Positions 38,466 through 46,704 of a DNA stretch of 49,608 bases are shown piece by piece (within the stretch, counting starts at the first letter, position 1; every line of letters starts with the position of its first letter). The stretch covers positions 1 through 49,608 of the forward strand of contig CATPAW010000137.1 in NCBI GenBank assembly GCA_955652255.1, read 5' to 3'. The DNA is from an uncultured Chthoniobacterales bacterium (GTDB taxonomy: Bacteria > Verrucomicrobiota > Verrucomicrobiia > Chthoniobacterales > UBA10450). The notes under the pieces were generated by a model. That model was not told the origin of the DNA and made no database searches. It saw only the letters and a list, made by a program, of their open reading frames with translations. The position numbers and the translations under genes are program-made.

Positions 38466-39235
38466 TTTTCCGCCGTAAAAATTGTGACGATGCCGCCAGT
38501 GAGAGGTTCGATGAACACGGCGCAGAAGCCGTTCGCTTCGAGTAAGCGACGCATTGCATCGTCGCTCGCAAATTTCTCAATTGAATCGCCAAGATAATGG
38601 TAGGCGGTTTTTTTTCGGGTGAGAAAAGATCCGAGAAAAGGGAGACAGCGATGCAAATAGAAACGATAAACCGCGCGCAAGATCGACAATCGCGGCAACG
38701 AAAACTCGAGGATTAGCAAGTGACCGCTTGTCTGGAGAACACGCGACATTTCACGCAGCGCAGCATCCCAGTCCTCCATGTTCCGTAAACCGAACGCGAC
38801 GGTAAGGCAATCAAACGAAGCATCCGCGAACGGCAACCGCATCGCATCGGCCACGATGGTTTTGCGCAATCCTTTTCGGCGCGCAATCGCCAGCATATCT
38901 TCCGAAAAATCGATGCCGACGATTTCCGCGTCAGGCGATTTTTTCGTAATGGCGAGCGCGAGATCGCCCGTGCCGGTGGCAAGATCGACAATCTTATTTG
39001 GGCCCCAGTGCGCGACGATCTCAGCGGCGCGTTTTCGCCAATAAAAATCAAAACCGCAACTTAAGATGTGATTGGCAAGATCGTATCGCGCCGCGATCGA
39101 GCCGAACATCTGACGGACAGCGGTGGAATCATGTGGGTTTTGTTCAAGCGAACTCAACGTCCGGTGTTCGCTCACGATCCGCTCTTTCGCAAGTCGCTGG
39201 GTTTGAAATGGGGCGATTAGGTCGGTTGTGGCCAA
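38462..39235 (-). CDS. ubiE: demethylmenaquinone / ubiquinone-family C-methyltransferase (UbiE/MenG)
   Basis: VRQMFGSIAARYDLANHILSCGFDFYWRK and VDLATGTGDLA (SAM motif I). TTG start is uncertain; the true start may be about 20-25 codons downstream. Confidence 0.8.
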   Translation of the reverse strand: MATTDLIAPFQTQRLAKERIVSEHRTLSSLEQNPHDSTAVRQMFGSIAARYDLANHILSCGFDFYWRKRAAEIVAHWGPNKIVDLATGTGDLALAITKKSPDAEIVGIDFSEDMLAIARRKGLRKTIVADAMRLPFADASFDCLTVAFGLRNMEDWDAALREMSRVLQTSGHLLILEFSLPRLSILRAVYRFYLHRCLPFLGSFLTRKKTAYHYLGDSIEKFASDDAMRRLLEANGFCAVFIEPLTGGIVTIFTAEK

Positions 39236-39559
39236 CGCGCAGCGAGGGCAACTGAGACGGTGAGACTGGAGAACGGCGCGACGTGCATCAAGAGTCGACT
39301 GACGAAGAAACCGAGATGCCTGAGGTAGTCCGGCCAGTTACTGAACGCGGCGGTATCACTCCATCTTAGGAAGTGGTTAAAGCAATCCGAACCTGAGATC
39401 GCGAACAGGCGCAAGACGAACAGCTTTCATCAGTTCCACATTTAACAAGCAAGAAATCGGCCCGTAGCCATGATGAACATAGCCGTCTAGGTTTGGTCGG
39501 CGTCGACATCCAAGCTCCAATACTCAAAAAGTTGTTTGCTATCCCGTTCAACACCAGCT

Positions 39560-39901
39560 ATGAGACGGCGTATGGACTTATCTCTTAGATCTTTGGAACA
39601 AGCCGTGTCGATGCGGCGGCAAATCGATAGTCTGGAAAGACGCCTTGCTTCTCTTTTGGGCAGTACTTCAACCAGTTCAACGTCTAGCACTGGCAGACGC
39701 CGAATGTCTGCGGCGACCCGCGCCAAGTTAGCCGCGGCCGCCCGAGCACGCTGGGCCAGACAGAAAGGCAGCAAACAAGCCGGACGCAGTACTGCTCGCA
39801 GGAAAAAAGGCGGAATCACCGCTGCTGGACGGAAGAAGCTTTCGCAATTAATGAAAGCTCGATGGGCGGCCAGGAGAAAAGCTACTGGGAAGTCGAAATA
39901 G
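39560..39901 (+). CDS. small, highly basic hypothetical protein (coiled-coil N-terminus, S/T linker, two KL..(K/R)ARWA repeats)
   Basis: The first ATG in the ORF is 39560 (a second is at 39572). Sequence: [35 protein letters not shown], then [19 protein letters not shown] and [23 protein letters not shown] recognised no family. Confidence 0.5.
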   Translation: MRRRMDLSLRSLEQAVSMRRQIDSLERRLASLLGSTSTSSTSSTGRRRMSAATRAKLAAAARARWARQKGSKQAGRSTARRKKGGITAAGRKKLSQLMKARWAARRKATGKSK

Positions 39902-39915
39902 TTGAATAGTCGAAG

Positions 39916-39997
39916 TGCTCGCGAGAGGACTCGAACCTCCACGGGTTGCCCCATACGGTCCTGAGCCGTACGCGTCTGCCGATTCCGCCACGCGAGC
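39916..39997 (-). tRNA. tRNA-Leu (anticodon CAG)
   Basis: Reverse complement folds as GCTCGCG-TG-GCGG..-TACGG-CTCAGGA-CCGTA, a long variable arm TGGGGCAACCCGT, then GGAGG-TTCGAGT-CCTCT-CGCGAGC-A. CCA is not encoded. Confidence 0.9.
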
Positions 39998-40074
39998 AAT
40001 AAGCAGCGGCTCCTAAATTGCGCACGTGCGGGAGAGCCGCAAGGCTAAACGCACGATGTCGATCTTGTGATCGA

Positions 40075-40953
40075 TCAGCCCCGGCACTTCTTGCGTACGC
40101 GAACTTCCAGTTGATGGGCCTTGCGGACCTTGCCGAGCGAACGGAGCAAGTCGGCGTAGTTCGCCGCGACAATTTCGTAATCCTTGGGCGGCTTTTCGGT
40201 AGCTTCTTCCCAGCTCTTCAATGAGGCGCGATAAAGTTCCGCCGCCTTCGGATAATCGCCGCGCGAGTGATACACGACCGCAAGGTTGCATTTTGATTGC
40301 GCGATGTCCGGATGAGTTGGGGGATGCACCTTTTCCCGAATGGCCAGGGCGCGAAGATGTATTTTTTCCGCCTCGGCGTAGCGACGCTCATTCGTGTAAA
40401 AGACGGCCAGATTATTGAGCACTGAGGCTACATCCGCGTGGGCTGGGCCGAGCTGCTTCTCATAAATCTGCAGCGCATGCAAATAATACGGTTCTGCAGC
40501 CTTTTGGCGTCCTGATTTTCGGAAAATGAGAGCAACATTGTTCAACATGGTCCCGAGGTCCGAGTAGGGCAGATCTTCCAACTGGGTGCCGGCTGCAATT
40601 GCTTTCTCGTAAAAACGGATGGCTTCTTCGGACTGGCCAAGGTTATCGCACAAAAAGGCAAGTCGACGCGCGGAGCGAAAAAGAGCACGTTGGTCGGGCG
40701 GTTTTGCTTTGTCGAGGATCGCATGCGCTTTGAGAAGATGTGCCTTTGCGGCGGCGCGATCGCCGCACTGGTCGAGAAGCTGCCCGAGCTTTTCATAACT
40801 GAGTGCGAGTGAACTCTCGTCCTCAGCAAAGGTGCGTTTAGCAAGATCGAGAACCGTTTCGGCGACGCGGATCGCTTCCGGCAGCCGATTGCCGGCACGC
40901 AGGGTGTCCAGCTTGTCGTTAAGAATCGACCAAAGCTTTTCCTCACCCTTCAT
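40075..40953 (-). CDS. tetratricopeptide repeat protein (TPR_12-like)
   Basis: Repeated A..Y...L.I.EK..G..HP.VA..LNNLA blocks. Length is 292 aa. Confidence 0.75.
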   Translation of the reverse strand: MKGEEKLWSILNDKLDTLRAGNRLPEAIRVAETVLDLAKRTFAEDESSLALSYEKLGQLLDQCGDRAAAKAHLLKAHAILDKAKPPDQRALFRSARRLAFLCDNLGQSEEAIRFYEKAIAAGTQLEDLPYSDLGTMLNNVALIFRKSGRQKAAEPYYLHALQIYEKQLGPAHADVASVLNNLAVFYTNERRYAEAEKIHLRALAIREKVHPPTHPDIAQSKCNLAVVYHSRGDYPKAAELYRASLKSWEEATEKPPKDYEIVAANYADLLRSLGKVRKAHQLEVRVRKKCRG

Positions 40954-40959
40954 TGCAGG

Positions 40960-41466
40960 TCACCAACCTTCGCTCAACTGGCTGACCAGGCGTGTGGCAA
41001 GATCTTCCGAGGCAAGCGGCAGCGCTTGCCTTTCGTCGGTCGTCACGTCCGTACCGACAAAAAAACTGGTCGTTCCGATGGCTTCACTCGCCCCTGAGAT
41101 CGGCTTCCCGTCCCGTCCGACCAAACTGTATTTCACGTGCACGGCCAGAGTAAATTCAGCCGTTGCCAGCACGTTCTCGATTACCGAACGCGCAGGAGAA
41201 CGATCGATGCGCATGATTTCAGCCTTTAAGGTGGCATCCGCATTTTCGCCACCAACGATCTGGAATGTCCCGTCTTGTTGAAACTGCTTGATGACCGTGT
41301 TCGTCACCAGGACTTCGATACGAGGGACGAGAGTCCGGTTCGTGAAAGTGGGAACAGCGAGCGTGTGAACGTCGCGGAGATAATATGGTTTGACTGGCCC
41401 GATGTGATAGCCGAGGCAACCGGTTAAGCACAAAGAGCCAAGAGCTACCGCGAATATAGCTTTCAC
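40960..41466 (-). CDS. outer-membrane lipoprotein, LptE-like
   Basis: Lipobox LCLTGC followed by GYHIG....LRDVHTLAVPTFTNRTLVPRIEVLVTNTVIKQF, the LptE-family pattern. GTGA overlap with the BamD gene. Confidence 0.45.
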   Translation of the reverse strand: MKAIFAVALGSLCLTGCLGYHIGPVKPYYLRDVHTLAVPTFTNRTLVPRIEVLVTNTVIKQFQQDGTFQIVGGENADATLKAEIMRIDRSPARSVIENVLATAEFTLAVHVKYSLVGRDGKPISGASEAIGTTSFFVGTDVTTDERQALPLASEDLATRLVSQLSEGW

Positions 41467-42716
41467 GGCGCGGGTGAGGCGGTCGCTTCGGGAGAAGCCG
41501 ATGCTTTTGGAGCCGAAGATCTCTCCGGTGTTTCACCCTCTGCCGGTACGCCTGTAGGCTCGGGAGCAGTTGTGGTGTCGGGCGCAAGGGAAGCCGGCGG
41601 CGGCAGTGATAAATCCGTCTCGGGTGACGGCAACGGCATACCGCTATTCGGCGCGTTGCGCATGGTCGACTCACTTTTCGCCGTTTGCCCTTCATGTGCG
41701 CCCGCCTTTTTCTTTTCAGCCTCGGCCGCCGCAAACGCTGACTGCAGTGCTGCATCGCCCAGCTTCACACGCAATTGGTCAATCCTTTTCTTTGCCCGCT
41801 CACTTTCCGTCGAACCCGGCTCCTGACGGATGACTTCATTATAATAGATAACCGCGGCGCGATAATTTTTCTGCTTGTCATAAAACTTCGCGACCTGATA
41901 TGAGCTCGCCGTCTGCTTGCGCTCCAGCATTTGCAGATTCGACCGCGCCTGCGCGGTTTTCTCGCTGTTTGGATAGCGGAAAAGAAAATCCTGAAAGGCC
42001 GTTCTGGCATTGGTGGTGGCGGCTAAATCTTTCGTCCCGGCGCGCGCCGCCGTAAACCAGATGTAACCGATCTGATATTGTGCGTCGGCCGCGACCGGTT
42101 CTTTCGGAAACTTGGTGACCACGGCCTGGTACGCCTCGATGGCCGCTTCATTCGCACCTTGCTTCTCTCGTGCCAGTCCAATGTCAAACTGCGCCCGCGC
42201 CGTGTACTTTCCGTACGGCGCCGTCCGGACAACGGCCGCGAAAATCTCCGCCGCTCGATCCATCGACGATCCAAATGGAATGCCGAGAAGCTTCAATTTC
42301 TTGCCGGCGAGATAGATCTCACCGATCCGAAATTGCGCTTCGATTGCTTCGTCGAAGTGGGGGCTGCTCGGATATTGTTCCACCACCGAGCGAAACAACT
42401 GCGCCGCCGCGATAAGATCGTGCCGTTGTTCCAGCAACTCCGCCGCGCGAAAAACCGCTCCCGGCGCAAGCGCATCCTTGGGATGGCGTCGCACCAGGGA
42501 TTTGTAGGCCCCAATCGCTCGTTTCAGGTTCCCCTCTTTTTCCGCGGTCTGCCCGATGTGAAAAAGTTCCTCCGCATTGCCATTCATCTCTTCCTCGCCC
42601 GGCGCCACGTACTTGGCTTTTTCACCCGGCTTAAAGATCACCGAAGCGGAGCTCAGTTCGGGAAAAGTAAGACCGGCGATGACGACGAAAAAAAGCGTGC
42701 GAATTCGGAAATCCAT
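41463..42716 (-). CDS. bamD: BamD (YfiO)-like outer membrane assembly lipoprotein with a long Pro/Ala/Ser/Thr-rich C-terminal tail
   Basis: Signal peptide and a TPR-like BamD core (AQYQIGYIWF, FLFRYPNSEKTAQA, YQVAKFYDKQKNYRAAVIYY). The last ~110 aa are low complexity. Confidence 0.6.
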   Translation of the reverse strand: MDFRIRTLFFVVIAGLTFPELSSASVIFKPGEKAKYVAPGEEEMNGNAEELFHIGQTAEKEGNLKRAIGAYKSLVRRHPKDALAPGAVFRAAELLEQRHDLIAAAQLFRSVVEQYPSSPHFDEAIEAQFRIGEIYLAGKKLKLLGIPFGSSMDRAAEIFAAVVRTAPYGKYTARAQFDIGLAREKQGANEAAIEAYQAVVTKFPKEPVAADAQYQIGYIWFTAARAGTKDLAATTNARTAFQDFLFRYPNSEKTAQARSNLQMLERKQTASSYQVAKFYDKQKNYRAAVIYYNEVIRQEPGSTESERAKKRIDQLRVKLGDAALQSAFAAAEAEKKKAGAHEGQTAKSESTMRNAPNSGMPLPSPETDLSLPPPASLAPDTTTAPEPTGVPAEGETPERSSAPKASASPEATASPAP

Positions 42717-42785
42717 GGGACTGGCAGGGTAGTTAAGTTATCGGCTCCGTCAAGTTGGCCGGCCGCGCGAGCTCACCGATGACTA

Positions 42786-43745
42786 TTGTTAGATCGACAT
42801 CTTGTTACGTCGAAATCTTTTCGCGCCGCGCGATTTCGACTATCGTTTCGCTTCTTGAACCTGACCGATCAGCAGAAAATTCGCATCGGTGCGTGCGCGT
42901 GGAGTTTCGATGAGTGGCGTGGGGCCTTTTATCCACCGGATTTGCCAGAATCCCACTGGCTTGGATTTTACGCGCGCTACTTTCCCGCCGTTGAGGTCGA
43001 TTCCACGTTTTACAGCGCTCCAGCGGAAAATACCGTGCGCCGCTGGATCGAGACGACGCCCGCCGCATTTCGTTTTGCCTGCAAACTTCCCCGCGAAATC
43101 ACGCACGCCTGCCGGCTGCGAAATTGCAGCGCCGAGTTAAATTCTTTCCTTCGCGCCATCGAGCCACTCGCACCCAAGTTACAGGTCATTCTCATTCAGC
43201 TGCCGCCTTCATTTGCGCCGAAAGACGGCCGGCCCGCTCTGCGCAATTTCCTGATGCAATTACCGCGCGATTTTCGTTTCGCCATCGAGTTCCGCCACGC
43301 CGGATGGCATCGGCCGCAAATCATTCGCCTTTTGGAAAAGCATCGCATTTGCTGGGTCTGGGCCGACACCAGCGCGCTCAACGAAAGAAATCTGCCGCCT
43401 TTCGAATTCCTGCCGCGCACAACCGATTTTCTCTATCTGCGGCTTCTCGGCGATTATACGACCAAGTACGATCGCGACGGCTTATTTGTTCATCGATACG
43501 ATAAACTTCTTTGGAAACGCGAAGCCGCTCTGGAAAGCTGGTCGCTCAAAATCGAGCGCCATCTGGCCGAGGTTCGCAACGTTTGGACCTTTGTCAGTAA
43601 TCACTTCGAAGGATTCGCGCCCGAAACTGCGCAGCGTCTTGCCCAGCGCCTCGGCTTCCAATTGCTCCTGCCTTCAGAATCCGAAAAAACGTTGTCGGAG
43701 CAAAATCGATCGCAGCTCGATTTATTCACGGAGCCGAGCACTTAA
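42786..43745 (+). CDS. DUF72 domain protein
   Basis: IRIGACAWSFDEWRGAFYP...FYARYFPAVEVDSTFY and FEFRHAGW. There is no in-frame ATG before the conserved core. The start may be TTG 42786, or more likely TTG 42855 / CTG 42861. Confidence 0.7.
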   Translation: MLDRHLVTSKSFRAARFRLSFRFLNLTDQQKIRIGACAWSFDEWRGAFYPPDLPESHWLGFYARYFPAVEVDSTFYSAPAENTVRRWIETTPAAFRFACKLPREITHACRLRNCSAELNSFLRAIEPLAPKLQVILIQLPPSFAPKDGRPALRNFLMQLPRDFRFAIEFRHAGWHRPQIIRLLEKHRICWVWADTSALNERNLPPFEFLPRTTDFLYLRLLGDYTTKYDRDGLFVHRYDKLLWKREAALESWSLKIERHLAEVRNVWTFVSNHFEGFAPETAQRLAQRLGFQLLLPSESEKTLSEQNRSQLDLFTEPST

Positions 43746-43763
43746 CCGCCAATGTCGATCTTT

Positions 43764-43822
43764 CGGCAGGGCGACGGCAGAGCCGTCGAATTTGGTCGGC
43801 TCGACAGAGTTTCGCCCTACCG
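43764..43822. repeat. palindromic intergenic element, family B copy 2
   Basis: CGGCAGGGCGACGGCAGAGCCGTC...GTCGGCTCGACAGAGTTTCGCCCTACCG. The 28-nt right module differs from 4645-4672 at one position. It contains the serS TAG stop (43817-43819). Confidence 0.8.
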
Positions 43823-45088
43823 AATCTCGCTTGCGCCGAAATAAGGCAAAAGTATTTCCGGCAAGCGAATCGAGCCGTCCTCCTGTTGCCCACTCTCAAT
43901 CAACGCGGCAAACAATCTCGGCAGCGCCAAGCCCGACCCATTCAGCGTGTGGCAAAACCGGTTTTTTCCATCGCCATCTTTGTAGCGAAGATCCATCCGG
44001 CGCGCTTGGAAATCTTCGAAATTCGAACAACTCGAAACTTCGAGGTAACTATTCTGTCCCGGCGACCAGACCTCGATGTCGTAAGTCTTGGCGGAACCGA
44101 AACCCAAATCACCGGTGCACAGCTCGACGATGCGATAATGCAGACCGAGCAATTGCAAAACTCGCTCCGCGTCCGCCGCTAATGTCTCGAGCTCGTCATA
44201 AGATTTTTCTGCTGGCGTGATTTTCACCAGTTCCACTTTGTCGAATTGGTGTACGCGAATGATCCCCCTCGTTTGGTGACCGGCTGAGCCGGCCTCACGG
44301 CGAAAACAAGGTGTATAGGCGACGAATCTTTTTGGAAGATCGACAATCGCAAGAATTTCTCCGCGATAAAAATTTGTCACCGGCACCTCTGCCGTCGGTG
44401 CGAGAAAAAGCTGGTTCTCTTCGAGGCCATACATGTCGGGCTCGAATTTGGGCAATTGCGTCGTTCCGATCATGCAATCGCGCCGCACCAGAAACGGCGG
44501 GCTGACCTCGGCGTAACCATGCTCGCGCGTGTGCAGATCGAGCATAAAATTAATCAGCGACCGTTCCAGTTTCGCGCCCGCTCCGGTGAAACAGATGAAT
44601 CCGCTGCCGCTCAATTTTGCGGCGCGTTCCAGATCGAAGAGCTTCAGCTTTTCCCCAAGTGCAACATGATCGAAAACCTCGCCGCCTGTCTTCGGCTTTT
44701 CGCCCCAACTGCGCACGATCCGATTCGCGCTCGGATCTTTTCCCTCGGGCACGTTTTCATGCGGCAAATTTGGAATTTCGAGCAACAAATTTTTCTGCTC
44801 TTCGCCGAACGTTGTCGCGCGCCGGTTAAGATCGACAATCGCTTCACCGATTTTCCGCACACGCATTTCAAGCTCTTCGGTCGCTTCACCACGGCCGCGT
44901 TTCGCGCCGATCTCTTTGCTCAACCGGTTTCGCTCCGCGTTGAGTTGCTGGAGTGCAGTCTCATTTTTTCGTCGCTCCGCATCAACTCGCAAAAGATTGT
45001 CGATCTTTATTTCCTCGGCTCCGCCGCGGGTGGTCAGCCGGCTTTTCACGAAATCGGGCTTTTCGCGAACGAGACGAATATCGAGCAT
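43817..45088 (-). CDS. serS: serine--tRNA ligase
   Basis: MLDIRLVREKPDFVKSRL..., an N-terminal coiled coil and class II motifs (FRREAGSAG..TRGIIRVHQF, TLNGSGLALPR). ATG 45088; the upstream track extension lacks homology-like sequence. Confidence 0.9.
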   Translation of the reverse strand: MLDIRLVREKPDFVKSRLTTRGGAEEIKIDNLLRVDAERRKNETALQQLNAERNRLSKEIGAKRGRGEATEELEMRVRKIGEAIVDLNRRATTFGEEQKNLLLEIPNLPHENVPEGKDPSANRIVRSWGEKPKTGGEVFDHVALGEKLKLFDLERAAKLSGSGFICFTGAGAKLERSLINFMLDLHTREHGYAEVSPPFLVRRDCMIGTTQLPKFEPDMYGLEENQLFLAPTAEVPVTNFYRGEILAIVDLPKRFVAYTPCFRREAGSAGHQTRGIIRVHQFDKVELVKITPAEKSYDELETLAADAERVLQLLGLHYRIVELCTGDLGFGSAKTYDIEVWSPGQNSYLEVSSCSNFEDFQARRMDLRYKDGDGKNRFCHTLNGSGLALPRLFAALIESGQQEDGSIRLPEILLPYFGASEIR

Positions 45089-45216
45089 GGCGCGAAGTGT
45101 AGAGGCCGCCGTCCTCGGCGGCAATAAGACTGTGGTAAGCAGGTTGCGAGCGATTGACCCAATCGCCTGCAAGCGGTTCGGTGAACCACCCCTGCCTACA
45201 AACATCGTGACAATCA

Positions 45217-46293
45217 TTGGCGTGCGCCGATAATTTTCGCGTGGAAAAACTCAACCTTCTCGGCGTGGCGCTCGGCCTGGCTTGCCTCGCCGGAATTAAT
45301 CTTTACCTCACGGTTTTCGCCACCGGCCTCGCCATTCATTTCCACTGGATCACGCTCTCGCCGGCGTATCAATCGCTCGAAGTGCTGGGCGATCCGGTCA
45401 TCATCACGGTTGCGGGCGTGCTCTATTTCCTTGAGTTTCTCGCCGATAAAATCCCGTGGATCGACAGTGCTTGGGATGCGGTCCACACCGTGATTCGGCC
45501 CATCGGCGGCGCCTTACTCGCAATTCAGGTGCTCGGCCATCCGAGTCCGGCCCTCACGGTGCTCGTTGCCCTCCTCGCCGGCGGCACCAGCCTCGTCACA
45601 CACACCGCGAAAGCAGCCACCCGTCTCGCCAGCAACACGTCACCGGAACCGTTTTCGAATATCGCCCTCAGTTTTGGTGAAGATCTCGCCGTGCTCGGCG
45701 GGCTGGCGCTGGTTCATTTCAATCCCTTGCTCGCATTGTCGATCTTTGCCGCCGCGATCGCAGCGTTTCTTTATTTCGCGCCGAAGATTCTGCGCGCAAT
45801 GAAAGCGAAAATCTGGCTGGCGCTCAACAAACTGAACAGTCCCGCCAATCTGAATATGCCGGTAAAATTGCCGCTCATGTTACCCGCGCGGCTCGCATCA
45901 GTATTCAGCCGGCAAAATGTCCTCGGCGAAACAATCGCGTGGGCCGCGCCGTGCCTCAGCGGACGTGGCCGGCGCATTCCGCCGAATCTTTTCGGCGCGC
46001 TAGTCGCGACCAATGAAGAACCGCACAAGATTCTGTTCGTCGCGCGCAAAAACGGCCGACCTTTTGCTCAGACGATCGAGCTCGACGGTTCAATGGTTGC
46101 GCATCAGCCAAAATTTCTTTCGGAAAATCTCATCATTTTTCCGGCTGCCGGCAAAGGGCCGAAATACTTGTTCATCTTTCCGCGTCCTCGCGCGGCTGTT
46201 GTCGAGCAGATCGTGGAATATTTACGCGAGCGCCTGGGGCAGCGCGAACCTGCGGTCGGGGAAGCACACGTCGATCCAGCGGTGCCGGCCTAA
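45217..46293 (+). CDS. DUF4126-like membrane protein with a ~170-aa C-terminal soluble extension
   Basis: LLGVALGLACLAGINLYLTVFATGLAI..., EFLADKIPWIDSAWDAVHT and GGTSLVTHTAKAATR resemble DUF4126. The start is uncertain (TTG 45217 or GTG 45241). Confidence 0.5.
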   Translation: MACADNFRVEKLNLLGVALGLACLAGINLYLTVFATGLAIHFHWITLSPAYQSLEVLGDPVIITVAGVLYFLEFLADKIPWIDSAWDAVHTVIRPIGGALLAIQVLGHPSPALTVLVALLAGGTSLVTHTAKAATRLASNTSPEPFSNIALSFGEDLAVLGGLALVHFNPLLALSIFAAAIAAFLYFAPKILRAMKAKIWLALNKLNSPANLNMPVKLPLMLPARLASVFSRQNVLGETIAWAAPCLSGRGRRIPPNLFGALVATNEEPHKILFVARKNGRPFAQTIELDGSMVAHQPKFLSENLIIFPAAGKGPKYLFIFPRPRAAVVEQIVEYLRERLGQREPAVGEAHVDPAVPA

Positions 46294-46300
46294 CGCTCTG

Positions 46301-46417
46301 TGTCATTCCGAGCGGATGTGCCAGTCCGGCTCGGACCGAGCAATCTCTTACTGTTAAAGATAAGAGCTGTCTCGACCCATTCGACTCCGCTCAGGGCAAG
46401 GCTTTGGCTCGAATACA
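46301..46417. repeat. palindromic intergenic element, family A copy 2 (inverted relative to copy 1)
   Basis: TGTCATTCCGAGCG...central hairpin CTCTTA-N10-TAAGAG...GCTCGAATACA. The right ~50 nt is the reverse complement of 6870-6920 at roughly 85% identity. Confidence 0.7.
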
Positions 46418-46626
46418 GGAAATTGGCGGCGCAACTGTCGAATCGCCGACTCGAAACCGCCGCGACGCGCCTCTTTGGAAATGATCCGCGCCGCCCGCAA
46501 TTTCTAAGAACCGTCGCGCATCAGCAAGGTCTGCTCCAGATTTACGAAGACTTTTGCATGCAAGACAATTCCGATTGCGCGCAATGCCCGTTTCTCAAGC
46601 GCCTGTTCTCCGATTTCGGCGATTGA
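46418..46626 (+). pseudogene. probable C-terminal remnant of a DUF2851-family gene
   Basis: The tail of track ORF 46300-46626 reads ...HQQGLLQIYEDFCMQDNSDCAQCPF. This resembles, from memory, the conserved C-terminal Q.L..L...YC....C..C motif of ~420-aa DUF2851 proteins. The 5' part of the ORF is just the repeat element. Confidence 0.35.
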
Positions 46627-46704
46627 CACAACCGCCGCTACAACACCTAACCCTCCCACGAAACAACTATACGACCACGGCAAACCCGTGATAATCTTCG
46701 CGTC

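Noticed and set aside
39487-39999. A 170-aa minus-strand ORF covering the basic-protein gene and the tRNA-Leu.
   Set aside because: Its N-terminus is simply the translation of the tRNA-Leu gene. The remainder is antisense to a more plausible ORF.
990-45746. Explaining the TGTCGATCTT excess as a Chi/KOPS-type polar signal, as codon or peptide bias, or as part of a longer mobile repeat.
   Set aside because: The orientation split is 18:18 with no relation to gene strand. The word is used in five of the six frame/orientation combinations. Flanks beyond about 2-4 nt are unrelated. These alternatives still need genome-scale testing.
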